Origin: Octopus bimaculoides
Lineage: Eukaryota
NCBI RefSeq assembly: GCF_001194135.2
Contig: NC_068981.1
Location: 13,906,061 to 13,970,060 of the forward strand
Direction of reading: 5' to 3'
DNA: 64,000 nt
Positions within the stretch are counted from its first letter, which is position 1; every line of letters begins with the position of its first letter. Below, piece by piece: positions 1-13,017 of the stretch. The notes under the pieces were generated by a model. The model made no database searches, had not been told where the DNA came from, and was given only the letters and a program-made list of their open reading frames with translations. The position numbers and the translations under genes were made by a program.

Positions 1-837
1 GCAAATAGAATATATATTTTAAAAGATATATTATGTTTATTAATAATGTTATTTTAAAATTATGTTGTTATTGCTGTTGGGACTTATGATAATGGAAATA
101 GTTGTACAGTATATAAATACATATTTAAAAGGTTTCGCTTATGAGCGGATCTTAGAAATTAGGGAACACAATTGTGATTTCGTTGTCCCCAAATTACTGT
201 ATTGAGATTCTTAAGGAAATCAAAATAAGTTGCAGAGTTTTCAGTGAAAGACAACAATGATTTAACGTATTAATATGTATATTATATTCGATCCTTTGAC
301 AAATATTATACATACTTACTATATATAAAATACGTCAGAATATGCGTAACGAAATCCAATAATAAAATTGTGTGGTGTTGGGGATTCAGACAATCACAAA
401 TATAATCATTATAATTCTGTAAACTGAATAAAACTAATTTCTTAATCAAAAATACAATTAGTTGAGATTTTAGAGATTGTAAATTCACTGTGTCAAACGC
501 AATAACAACCACTATATAGAGATTCCGATGGATATCTGTGTTCTATTAAATTGCGTCGCGGAACAATATTATTCAAACTTTAAATATAATTATCACTCTT
601 CTTTGTTTCATTAACTTGCAAAGTAAATTAGTTGTTCTTAGTCACATATTGGTGTGGCGTTGCGTGACGTGGCTGTGTGGTAGGAATTCCTTCACAAACA
701 GAGGGCTCCGTGTTCAGTTTCACTACGTGAAGACCTGTACAAGTGCCTTCTAATACAACCCCGGGCCGGCGAAAACCTTTTGCGTGAATTTGATAGACAG
801 AAATTTACAGTACACCGTCATCTATCTATCTATCTAT

Positions 838-870
<33 letters not shown>

Positions 871-1316
871 NNNNNNNNNNNNNNNNNNNNNNNNNNNNNN
901 NNNNNNNNNNNNNNNNNNNNNNNNNNNNNNNNNNNNNNNNNNNNNNNNNNNNNNNNNNNNNNNNNNNNNNNNNNNNNNNNNNNNNNNNNNNNNNNNNNNN
1001 NNNNNNNNNNNNNNNNNNNNNNNNNNNNNNNNNNNNNNNNNNNNNNNNNNNNNNNNNNNNNNNNNNNNNNNNNNNNNNNNNNNNNNNNNNNNNNNNNNNN
1101 NNNNNNNNNNNNNNNNNNNNNNNNNNNNNNNNNNNNNNNNNNNNNNNNNNNNNNNNNNNNNNNNNNNNNNNNNNNNNNNNNNNNNNNNNNNNNNNNNNNN
1201 NNNNNNNNNNNNNNNNNNNNNNNNNNNNNNNNNNNNNNNNNNNNNNNNNNNNNNNNNNNNNNNNNNNNNNNNNTTTTACGTATAATCATTGATTTTATGA
1301 ATTCTTAACACCTTTT

Positions 1317-1356
<40 letters not shown>

Positions 1357-1840
1357 AAGTGTTTTCTTATTCTTTTGTTATTTTGATATCCAATTCTTAA
1401 TATGTTTATAATTCGTTTTTGTATTTGGTTTGCAAGATTCTTTATGTGAATTCGTGTGTTGAAGCATACCTTATTTTGTCTAGGAAGAGTCATTCTCTTT
1501 TAGTGCCTTATTATTTAACACACTCACAGTTTAGATTTCCACGCATTTACTTAGGTTTTCTAAAATGTTCGTTGTGTCTAACAACCTTTTCAATAGTCTT
1601 TGATTGTTTTTATAATTATCTCAAATAATTTGATCTGTATTCTTCATACATGTTCACAGTTCTAGATGTTATTCCAACGTGTATTCACGTGCGCTGATTC
1701 GAGCGTATATCTTAAACTGCATGAATAATTATATATGTACGTATAAACCAATATGTGTCTGAGTGTATATGAGGAGGTTTAGAAGGAAAAAAATGAGTAT
1801 AAGATAAATGTAAATAAACAAAAAAAAACATTTTACATAC

Positions 1841-2002
1841 CGTAGTCCAATTTCCCTCTGCCACCGGGCACCTTACCCGGTCCACTTCCTCAGAGATTCG
1901 TAGAAAATGTTGTAATTGTGGATTATCTGGGTCAAGTAGTTGAAAACCTGTTAAGTTTACACCGCCGTATTTCAGCCTCTCAAGTGGAAGATTAATGAAT
2001 CC
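1841..2002 (-). CDS. GRIA-like: Internal exon of an AMPA-type ionotropic glutamate receptor, amino-terminal (LIVBP-like) domain
   Basis: Minus strand reads tttcag|GGA...ACG|gtatgt; 162 nt, phase 0/0. It encodes GFINLPLERLKYGGVNLTGFQLLDPDNPQLQHFLRISEEVDRVRCPVAEGNWTT. The GF..L....yGGxNxTGFQ pattern matches the AMPA receptor ATD segment (GluA2 [24 protein letters not shown], recalled from memory). Paralog not assignable. Confidence 0.93.
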
Positions 2003-2006
2003 CTGA

Positions 2007-2072
<66 letters not shown>
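2007..2072. repeat. (AAT)22 microsatellite abutting the exon acceptor
   Basis: Perfect AAT array directly adjacent to ctgaaa, the reverse complement of the acceptor tttcag. Confidence 0.97.
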
Positions 2073-2075
<3 letters not shown>

Positions 2076-2112
2076 AAGAAGAAGAATAAGTAGAAGAAAC
2101 TGCTACTTTGGA

Positions 2113-2568
2113 AACTATTCAAAAAGTTAATAATGTGGGCTAGAGTAAGGCAAGTCGTGTTATGGGCACAAACTGCAGAGAGTGTGGCAGAGTCGGAGAC
2201 TAGCGAAATCCTCAGAGATTTCCCAAAGAAAATAGATCATTTACTAGAGCATAACAGACCTGACCTAGAGGTGGTGGACAAGATGCACCACATATGCTAC
2301 ATAGTTGTTGTCTGCCTCTTTGACCCACAAATAATCAAGAAGAAAGGTGAAAAGATAAATAAATACGACCCTCTTAAATACGAAATAGCCCGGCTATGGA
2401 AAATGAAGAAGTGAAGATAGTGCCAATTATTTTCGGGTCCTTGAGAACAGAGTCAGAAGGCATCGAGGGAATATAAAGGAAACTAGAATAGAGTGTCCAG
2501 TAGAACTGTTAGAAAAGGTTTGCCTCCTTGGCACGGCCAGAATAATCAGGTATGTATTAGATATCTGA
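2113..2568 (+). mobile_element. R4/Dong-like non-LTR retrotransposon 3' fragment (restriction-like endonuclease domain), degenerate
   Basis: Reads EHNRPDLEVVDK…CYIV…FDPQIIKKKGEKINKYDPLKYEIARLWKMKK, then after a frameshift VKIVPIIFGSL…CLLGTARIIRYVLDI*. This is the PD..D..K RLE pattern. Confidence 0.85.
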
Positions 2569-2639
2569 AAGGAATGGATGACATGGTACCGTAGGCAGCA
2601 GGTAAGAAACCTCCTACGCATGTAAGCCTCCAAGAGCTC

Positions 2640-3150
2640 CAACAAAACCTGGGATAAAGAGAAATGATAACAAGAAAACATATGACAGGATTTAGGATGC
2701 ACCACGCAATATCTGACATAGAAAAGCTATATATACAACGTATTGAATGTGACAGAGGCCTTATACAGCTAGACAACTATTACAAAATTACCACCATAGG
2801 ACTACAGACATACCTATTTCAGAAGCAAGGAAAACTAATAGAAATAACCACAAAGCACGAACAAAAAAAAGTATGTTTTCTGTCTTTAAGGAAGCTGACC
2901 AATACAAAAAATAATGTCATAGTACCTAACGACTATGAAGAAAGAGAAGAAACAACAAAAGCTGTAAACATCTGAAATCCAAACTAAAACTAGAACAGGA
3001 ACATATGATAGAACGATGTCAAATACTGAGTTAAGCTAAATGGAAAAGAAATAGACAAAGCAAAATCTCGACAATGGTTGAAGTAGAAACTGAAGGATTT
3101 TCAATTGTAGCACATGGTCAAAGCTTTCCCACTAGAAATCACCAAAAGTG
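2640..3150 (+). mobile_element. R4/Dong-like retrotransposon post-RT (thumb/linker) fragment
   Basis: Reads RMHHAISDIEKLYIQRIECDRGLIQLDNYYKITTIGL and ETEGFSIVAHGQSFPTRNHQK (consensus-like ETEG..AAQDQ.L.TRNY). Confidence 0.8.
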
Positions 3151-3385
3151 TATCGTACTATTCCTTCGTCCACTTCTGTCTTTTTTTGTGCACACCGTGT
3201 ACGTGATCTGTTGTGGCATAACGACCGTCCGAGGCCAGATTTCTTCCAATGATGCAGGAGGTATCGGACGTGCCAGGCGGGAAACCTTCACCCTGATCGG
3301 CTATAGCTTCATTCTCGCCGTTAATTTATTCCTTTGTGTGTTGCATCATGATTTCATGATCGTTCGTGGGGTTCCCATGAGATTT
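3150..3385 (-). mobile_element. Probable 5'/N-terminal portion of an R4/Dong-like element, inverted
   Basis: Minus strand reads …KRQKWTKE*Y, resembling the N-terminal 'KWT.EE' motif of this clade. The segment is GC-richer than its flanks. Confidence 0.5.
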
Positions 3386-3439
3386 GTCTTTGAGATTTCA
3401 TCTCTATATATTTGTATATACTCGCACACATGTATGTAC

Positions 3440-3810
3440 ATACTCTGGGACTATGTGTTTCAGACTGATTGTGCAATCGAACACCATCGGCCGCATATTG
3501 TCGTATTGAATAAAGGAGAAAAATACTGTCAGATCATTGATGTAGCCATACCAAATGACATGAATGTTGTGAGTAAAGACGTTGAAAAAGATCACCAAGT
3601 ACTCCGAATTGAAAGTGGAAATGGCAAGACTGTGTGGAATGTGAGAGGGTAGTGTAAAAGTGATAGCAGTGGTGATCGGAGCGTTGGGCTCAATCCCATT
3701 GAAACTTCAGGTCTTCTTAACAACTGAAAATCTCATGCAAGATTGATGTCTTGCAAAAAGCGGCATTATTGGTCACAGTACGCATCTTAAGGAAAGTATT
3801 ATCTGTCTGA
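3440..3810 (+). mobile_element. Second R4/Dong-like RLE-domain fragment (different subfamily)
   Basis: Reads ILWDYVFQTDCAIEHHRPHIVVLNKGEKYCQIIDVAIPNDMNV…, then with frameshifts VKVIAVVIGALG…LQKAALL…ILRKVLSV*. Confidence 0.85.
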
Positions 3811-3959
3811 GGTCCTTGTGGTGACTTGATAGATGACTAAAGACTCCGGTGCATTTTACCTACACTGTTTTATGAAGGAATAATAATAAGAAAGAAAGAC
3901 TGAGAACACCGTACAGGCAGCACGAAACCAAGCTTTGACCAGAAAGTGGAGGGTCAGCC

Positions 3960-4230
3960 TTAGGAATGAGCAGGTGTCTGCGTTGTGCTGCATCTATAAC
4001 CTAGTGGAAGAAAGAATTGCCCATATCGTGAACGAATGCCTTAGACTTGCTGCAAACCCTTACAACTTGTGGTGACATGATGAACTAGCGAATGTGCTAA
4101 ATTGAAAACTCTGCGGAAAGTGGGGTCTGAAGAGAAGGAATACGCTGTATGTGTACAAACCACAGAGAGTGGCGGAGTTTAAGTGCTAGAGCATAACAGA
4201 CTGGATTTAGTAGTAGTGAACACGGTGTCC
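3960..4230 (+). mobile_element. R4/Dong-like CCHC zinc-knuckle fragment
   Basis: Reads CLRC…ERIAHIVNECLRLA…HDELA…KLCGKWG…LEHNRLDLVVV, with stops and a deletion. Confidence 0.7.
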
Positions 4231-7200
4231 CACATATGCTATATAATTGATGATACAGAATCACCACGTAATCTCATTTGATCAATGGCTACGTAAATAC
4301 TCTACTCTTGAAATTATTTTTGTTAATATCTGAATTTCTTTTCACACAATTCGGAACATCAGAGTATAGTGAGCCTTCTATGGGAGTGAAAATTTAACTT
4401 TAATATGAGGTAGTCAAACATATGTAAAACACTCACACAGACACACATATTCTTATATATTGTATAGATCATGGAATGATTTAAGTTTATTGCAGTATTT
4501 TTGATTTAACTCTGTATCATAGAAATAAATAATTTATCTCATGACTTAGATAATTGAGAAGTATTTTAATTAAAACATTTAAGTTGCTAAAATGAGGAAA
4601 TTACAAAACAATTTTATGATCAATGGATATTTAGTGCTACAATCTAAAGTGTTCCTTAAATCAATGGTATACTTAGCCAGTCATTAGACATATTTTGTCT
4701 GTTGCTACGTAGTAGTGATTTTCCTACTAATCAATACAATACTTACAACTATATTAGTTCACTAATGTTACTGATTTTTGTTATCTCGTTCTGAAAATAT
4801 TTCAGCAGAACGTTTAATTAGGTGTTATTTTAAAATCGGTACATTCAAATTTAATTGGAAGCAGAATCTAATGGAAAATACTAAAAGACAAGCGTAAATT
4901 AAGTCGGCTTAATGGATTTTAGATAGTGATTAACGTAGAAAGTTGCTACTCAACTATAATTAACGCTCTTCTCGTCTAATATTTATTACACTACGATGAA
5001 TATATAATGTGTCAAGAAAAGGTTCATAGATATAGCTGGCATATTGGAAAATCTACTCACGAAATGCGAAACAGAACGTGAAAGTTAATAGAAGAAAACT
5101 AAAATCTTCCAATTACCGTTTATTTTGTACCAGAAAATCTTTGTCTTAACATGATGAAGTGATTATTCAAATGATATTCCACTTGAAAATGAAGAATATT
5201 TAACTAATAATTGAATTCCTTCTGTCAACTACGTTTAGAATATAATTTACATATAAACAGCCAGGTAAAAACCAGCTTGTTAAATGTTTACGATACCTAA
5301 AAAACAAAATATATACTTTAATAAGAAAGCCATTGTATACATTTTCGAAGACTTCAACATTACAAAGTCTCTCCAAAACAAAAAAAATTATGTTAGGCAT
5401 ACTACAGAATGCCAAGTATACAATGCTGAATCAACATAATCCAACAAATACTTAGTATTATTTTCAGAGATAATCCATGAGTGTATAATATTCTAATGAA
5501 TGTTACATGTATTTAAAGATATGTATATTCTGTATGGGTATGACTTGAAACTGAATCCGGTCCTGGGTCCTTGGAACGGGCCTTCAAGTGGATTGATGGG
5601 TGTCGACCCGATTCTTAGCCAGTATTGTTTCCGGGAAAACTCTGATCCGAAGTAGTATCACGTCTTAATTTCCCAGCTATGGGCTAACTAGCACGTGAAG
5701 GAGTTTGGCCTTGTGGATTGAATGATGCAATCGTGATAGTGAGATCACGGTTTCCATTCCCAGACCAGCTATGTGTTGTGTTCTCGATTGAGACACTTGA
5801 TTTCAAGCTGGTTCAGTCCACTCAGCTGTAAATGGGGAGCCTTCTGATCGATTCGACATAAGACTGAGGTGATGGATCAGGAAAAATCACCTGAATAGTT
5901 GAACACTGGAAAATATTATGCTTCCATTACGCAAATTCTATTCCAAACCTAGTGCAGAATGCTACGAGTAAATAGAGAGAGAGAGAAGAGGTGGAGGAGG
6001 AGGAGGAGGAGGAGGAGGAGGAAGAGGATGAGGATTATCATCACTGCTACATAGAATGTAGTACACTTCAAAGCACACCTCTGGAAGCACTGATTCAGCG
6101 ACGATTATGGACCTCATAAACCTCAGTACACTTTACGAAATGAGAGATGTACCTCGACAGTGAAGGAGGTTTGAAACTAGAAAGAAGACCATACCAGATT
6201 AAATTTCCTAAATTACAAGTGATATATTATAGTTTATTCTTGATTAGAATACAAGTTTATAAATAATAAAAGCGAGTGAACACGTGCATTTACAAGCAAG
6301 CACCCCCTCCCCCCCCCACACACACACATTGCACCCAACTCGTGATGGCTGAAATGTTGTTGGCTTTATTCTTTCCTTCCCTCATAACCAGAAAATACAG
6401 AAAGTCTTCCGGCAGACACATGCACAAAGCATTTCTACCAAGGCTTTAATACATTTTCTCCGAGAAATTCGAAGTGCATGTTATTATTTAATGGATATGT
6501 TTTTTCTTTGAGGCTCTATTATGATTTCAGAAGGGTTTTACTAATTTGGAGGTCGAATAATAAGGCCCAGGTTTGTTCGTCAGTTTTTGTTTCCGAGTGA
6601 TAAAATAGTGCAACGTCATTGTGACTGTGCATAATCATACATTCCTAAAATTTTCAAGGAAAGCTTGAAGGTTTGGTTTTCTCTTCAGTAAAATTCACTC
6701 GCCTCTACACATTTGCAGCAACCGGAATCATATCGAATGGAGAAAATGGCTAACTCAGTAATAGAAGAGTCGTCAGTCTTTCTTGTTTACATTATTTAAA
6801 AGGACTACACATGTAAAGTGAATCTTGCTACTAAGTGGGTTCTCATGTTATCAATTTTACATCATTCTTCAGTAAGATTCTAAGATTACGTCCCGTTGTA
6901 TTAGATAGTAAGAAAGTATTTTCATCCATCCAAATTCTTGCTATATTAAACAATTCGGTCCACTTTGCTAATGCTATATCATGGCGCCTAAATTACCTAA
7001 TCGAGAGAATACATTAATGAGAAAATTCCACAAGAAAATCCACCAAGCGTCATGTACAACACCACATTCGATACATCTCCCTGTTTGAAGTGGAACCTTT
7101 ACTAACACAATTTATAAGCAAGTATGATAGAGGACTATACATAATTGGATTTAGCACATTCATCTATTTTACTCTCAGATCATTTGCACAAAAGAAATTC

Positions 7201-7993
7201 ATCTCCTAATCGTTGAATAATAAATTTGAAAAGAGACTGAGAACGATTCAATGAAGCAACTGAACTGAGATCCATGCTGCTGTACGAAATTTCCTATAAC
7301 AAGCAGGAGTTGTTATTGGACAGGTTTGCAGTAGGTTGATTTTTCTTCTATATATACGTCTTCATCTTTTGCGCTGCTTAATTTTACTTGCAGTAAAATT
7401 ATCTTTAATAACATAATTCTGTGTAAAAGGTCAAGATTAATGTTTATGCAATAGCGTTGTAAAGGACCTCTTCTTCAATGGCTCAATAGGAAAACCAGCC
7501 GTCCGCCTACTTCTGCATGAAAGCTTGTTATTAAGTCAGCCAATGCAATTCATATACTTAGACCCAGTTATTCTATTACATGAAAACATGTCCAAAATGA
7601 CAAGCTATATAAGAGAAGAAAAAAATCTAAATCAGCGACAACTATATTGCTTCCTAATCGATTTCCGAATATGATCGATGCCAGTGAATATCCGCTAAAA
7701 TTAAAATATATCGTCAGAGAATGCGTCTTTATTATATATTTACTTTCATCTTTCGTTTAAGTTAGACATCGGTGTTGTGATATGCCACATAAATCCTATC
7801 ATTTTTCCATGTTCATATTGATGATGCTTCAGACACATTCAATGGAGACATCTTCCTGGCGAGCAGAAGTGCGTCACTTGTCAAAGCGGTCGGACAATCC
7901 AAAACAATCTCTTCTATCTCAACGACTATATTAGCTTTTCTTGCCATGCGAAAAATATCGCAAACATATCACAGCTACAACCATAATTTCTCC

Positions 7994-8039
<46 letters not shown>

Positions 8040-10903
8040 GAGTGAGAGAGCAGTGTATACCATCAAAGTGACACTGGGGTATTATTATTACTATTATTTT
8101 TGTTGTTGTTGTTGCAGTTATTTAAGGCGCGAAGGTGGCAGATCTGTTCGTGCGTCGAACTAAATCTTTAGTAGCATTTCTTCTGCCTCTTTAAATTGTG
8201 ATTTCAAATCTTGCGAGGGGTCAACTTTATCATTAACCATCCCTATAGAGCCAATTAAATAAAACACCATTCAAGTACTGGAGTCGATGCAGTCCGTTTT
8301 CTCTTGGTTTCAAATTGTTGGCCTTGTACCCAAACTTGAATGAAGTATTATCTTTTAAAGCAGTGAAGAAACACACACACATACACATCTATGTGTGTAC
8401 GATTGTGTGTGCGTGTGTGTTTATCTATGTCCATGTGCGTGTGGCCATATATATATATATATATAAATGATACAATCAAAAGAAATACCCAAAGATTCAC
8501 TAAAAACAGTCCCAATCACTGCTATAATCCACAACGAGCCACTTTTAGGTCACTTGACCATTGAACATCCTACTACTATCATACCATCCCTCATTCTTTT
8601 ATTATTCGTTCTCTTCTTCTTCTTCTTCTTCTTCTTCTTCTTCTTCTTCTTCTTCTTCTTCTTCTNNNNNNNNNNNNNNNNNNNNNNNNNNNNNNNNNNN
8701 NNNNNNNNNNNNNNNNNNNNNNNNNNNNNNNNNNNNNNNNNNNNNNNNNNNNNNNNNNNNNNNNNNNNNNNNNNNNNNNNNNNNNNNNNNNNNNNNNNNN
8801 NNNNNNNNNNNNNNNNNNNNNNNNNNNNNNNNNNNNNNNNNNNNNNNNNNNNNNNNNNNNNNNNNNNNNNNNNNNNNNNNNNNNNNNNNNNNNNNNNNNN
8901 NNNNNNNNNNNNNNNNNNNNNNNNNNNNNNNNNNNNNNNNNNNNNNNNNNNNNNNNNNNNNNNNNNNNNNNNNNNNNNNNNNNNNNNNNNNNNNNNNNNN
9001 NNNNNNNNNNNNNNNNNNNNNNNNNNNNNNNNNNNNNNNNNNNNNNNNNNNNNNNNNNNNNNNNNNNNNNNNNNNNNNNNNNNNNNNNNNNNNNNNNNNN
9101 NNNNNNNNNNNNNNNNNNNNNNNNNNNNNNNNNNNNNNNNNNNNNNNNNNNNNNNNNNNNNNNNNNNNNNNNNNNNNNNNNNNNNNNNNNNNNNNNNNNN
9201 NNNNNNNNNNNNNNNNNNNNNNNNNNNNNNNNNNNNNNNNNNNNNNNNNNNNNNNNNNNNNNNNNNNNNNNNNNNNNNNNNNNNNNNNNNNNNNNNNNNN
9301 NNNNNNNNNATATATATATATATATAATCTCTGCGTGCTCGCTTTGTTGTAATTGTAATTGTAGCAAGTAATATTGAAGGATGTATCATTGATATATAAG
9401 TTTTACACAAATAATTATATAAATAATCTTAATCATGTAGTGTCAAAAGATCAGGCTCCGACATAATTATACACCGATATAATTACACAATGATTTAGAA
9501 GGGAAATAATTTTGACGCTTCTATACCATTAGATAGAGTACGTGTGAGTATCATGGTACAAAATAGTAACGTTTCCCCATGTAAATAAAAGAGCTTCGTA
9601 CAGAGAAATATGAGCAGTTAAGTGTGAAATTGGTTTCGTAATAGATAAAACAAAATGAAAGTTAATAAATAATCGGAGAAAAGAAATATTTCTTTGATCG
9701 ATAATTGTTAATTAAACCGGCGTTAAGATACAGTCTTTGTCTTTGAGAGTGTAATTTTATACATTGAATTAAGTATCAATTAATGTTTTTCTAGCATGAT
9801 TTTTCAATAAATTTTTTTTTTCTTGTTCTAATACTTTGTTCGTATGTTTTTTTTTCATTATTTGATTCCAGACATGGAGTTCGTTATTCGTGCTTGTTTT
9901 CAATTGTATTTGAAATATATAATATATTATAATTCATATATTCCTATATAATTTCGTATAATAAACATATGTAGTATATTATATTTGTGCACACTCGCGT
10001 GCACACACATGCGCACACAGGCGTGAGCGCACATATATATCTTATTCTATATTTGGTTTGGCGATGCAATCAGAAAAAATGGAATGTTTGTGTGTGTGTT
10101 TGTGTGTTATTAGTCTTCGATACAATGTTAGAGAGGTTCGTGGTATATGTATATACACAAACGTTATATGGGAAATACCAAGCCTACTTGATAACAATTG
10201 ATAAATTGCCTGCTAGTTTATTACTTTCTTTTCTCTTTTATATTAGTTATATCCTGATCAGACGTAGGCCTTCCTGTCCTATCTCTTCAAGCTTTCGTTG
10301 GAAATAGTGTTTGTAAGAAGAGAATAAGTGACAAGAGAGATTTGGCCGCATTGTATAGTCGGTTTACTGACCATACAGAAGTTCTTTATTTGGTATGTAC
10401 GTTTGGTATGTATATGTATGTATATCCGTATGGGTTTATATGTGTGTATGTTTCTGTGTTTCTGAGTCTGTGTGCATCTGTGTTGTAGATGTCTATGTGG
10501 GCGTTGTGTATTTGTGTGTGTAACTATACAAAGTCTGCTTTGATTCTTATTAGGTTTTCATATCTCTGTTAAACATATATGCCATGGGTATATAACGACT
10601 TTTTTCAAAGGTATTAGTTCCTTGGGCGAAATCTTTCTTGATGTTTACATACTCCCTCACACATAATTTATACGATCCTACTAACGTATCCATACCGTTA
10701 AGAAAAGCGATGGAAGAACTAGCATATATTCTGGGTATATTTCGTTCTTGAAAGACACGATATCCGTTACTTTTTTTATAAGTCACTGCATATTTCCTGT
10801 TTCGCATCACTATATACCAGTGCTAGCTTCTGTCCATAAGTTCGTTACCCGCTTTGATTTGAGGAAGTAAGTAGTAATCTTATTCCATGATTAAAGGGTT
10901 TAA

Positions 10904-11194
10904 CCCATTACCTACCAGTGATCCCATATGAGATCACTTAAAAATTACAAATTTCGTAATTATCTGTCAATATTTACACATATCTAACCTTTTTGCTATA
11001 TCTACTAGGTATATTTCTCTTATATTCAAATGAGGTTTGCTAATTTTTCACCCAATATCTCCGTTATTTCTATTTAAAATGTTATTTTGAAATGTTATTT
11101 TGATCATTCCAGCGTGTTTCTAAGGCTGTTTTATGCTAGAAATCAAAGTTTCCTAAAAACAATTCCAGTTAATAGAATTATGGGAGGTAATCGG
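10904..11194. mobile_element. piggyBac-type MITE (non-autonomous)
   Basis: TTAA at 10900-10903 and 11195-11198. 13-bp TIRs cccattacctacc / rc ccgattacctccc (2 mismatches). AT-rich non-coding interior. Confidence 0.6.
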
Positions 11195-11971
11195 TTAAAT
11201 TCGAAGCTATCGTGGAATAGTCAACTTTGATTACATGGTCACTATAACCGAGCAAAAATTTAAGAGACCATTCTGATACATTAGCTTTTGTATCTCTTAA
11301 GTGACCTCGGTTCCTTCTGCCTCGAATATTAGTAAATACTGAAGCGACTCAAAAGATTTTTCGAACGCACAGGCAAAATTAATATATCTCAGGACTTAAT
11401 ACTCGCTCACCTCCTCCATTATTCTACAGATCTAATTCTACACTATCAACCCAAACCTAGACGTACCTCCGAAAATGAGTTCTATTTTTTCTTATTCGAA
11501 TTAAAAAAACAACAACCTAATGTCGTCCTTTTTATCCATGTAATGATTTTTATACATAAACTAAGGCGCACTGAGGTTTTGCCACTAAGAAACTAACTGA
11601 TGGATATTCATAAGATCGGAAAGACAAGACGAAGCAGCACAACACGGGTTGCACTAAATACGATTCCAACACTGTTAAACAATACATTGCATACTTCTAT
11701 GAATAGTGACTGATATATCTATGAATACACACTTATATACACACAAATATATAAAAACCCCGCCTAGTACACACACACACTCTCTCTCTCTAACTATACA
11801 AATATATATATATATATGTATATAAATATATATATATACATGCATATGTGTATATATATATATACACTTACATGCATATATATACATATATGCATATATA
11901 TATATCGAGACATATATATATACATATATACATACATATATATATATATTCATACATATATATGCATATGT

Positions 11972-12064
<93 letters not shown>

Positions 12065-12591
12065 TATACATACGTATATGTATATACATACATACATTCA
12101 CATATGAAGCTGAGACATAGCTATACAAATATGCAAATAGGCACACATACATGTGTTTACATAAAGATAAAATATGTGCCTTGTCATCTTTAAGAGTGCA
12201 TATATATGCATGTGCATTTATGTATGTGTATATATATACATGCGTATATACATATGTGTATTTTTGTCGTCCATTTTAGAAATCTAAAACTTGGATTTTT
12301 CTGCTACTTACTCGAGATTAATATTATAAATGAGAGCGAAAGGAATTAAATATTGTCCTGTCACATCACATACTATCAGAAAAGAAATCATGTTTTACAT
12401 ATACATTGTCAGATTTCTTGCATTAAGAATTAATTCTAGAATTCAGATTCGATTATACATTTTGGCGAATAGAATAAAAACAAAATATTCAATATAAAAT
12501 ATTTTTTTGAATCGTGAAAGTTCATAATTTATACCATACACACATTATTATTATTATGGAACATTTCTTAGTGTGTAGGAGTATAATATTT

Positions 12592-12656
12592 GGTCAATGA
12601 GGTATTGGTGAGGTCAACGAGCTATTGGTGAGGTCAACGAGCTATTGGTGATGTCA
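12592..12656. repeat. 20-bp minisatellite, ~3.2 copies
   Basis: Unit ggtcaacgagctattggtga. Confidence 0.9.
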
Positions 12657-13017
12657 AATTTTAGGAAGATTATTCCTTGTATATTTAATCTTTTCCATTA
12701 AGATATTCGCCGAAAGCCGAAGAATAAATCAATAGATGAAATGTAGCATTGATTTATACAAAATATTCTGTATTTGCTACCGATTTTCCACACGACTCAC
12801 TGCGTATACTTTTCAGTCATAAATGGCTCGAATATTGAAAGCATCAGTATAGTGGTTTTGCAAATTCAAACATAAATGTATCTGTTATAGTTCATATTGT
12901 ATACTTAAACAACGTTTTTGTTTATTTTGCAGAACTGTAAACTTATGCTATAAGATCCATCGAATCCCAATACACATATTACGAAAACTAGTTTTAAGGC
13001 ATATATATATGTATTTG

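Noticed and set aside
440-530. Minus frame VVIAFDTVNL, faintly like the next AMPA segment (ALTYDAV)
   Set aside because: The nearby acceptors give in-frame stops at phase 0 and the similarity is too weak.
5864-5902. Hairpin aggtgat…atcacct followed by gaatagttg, hammerhead-like
   Set aside because: It lacks both CUGANGA and GAAA; at best a heavily decayed copy.
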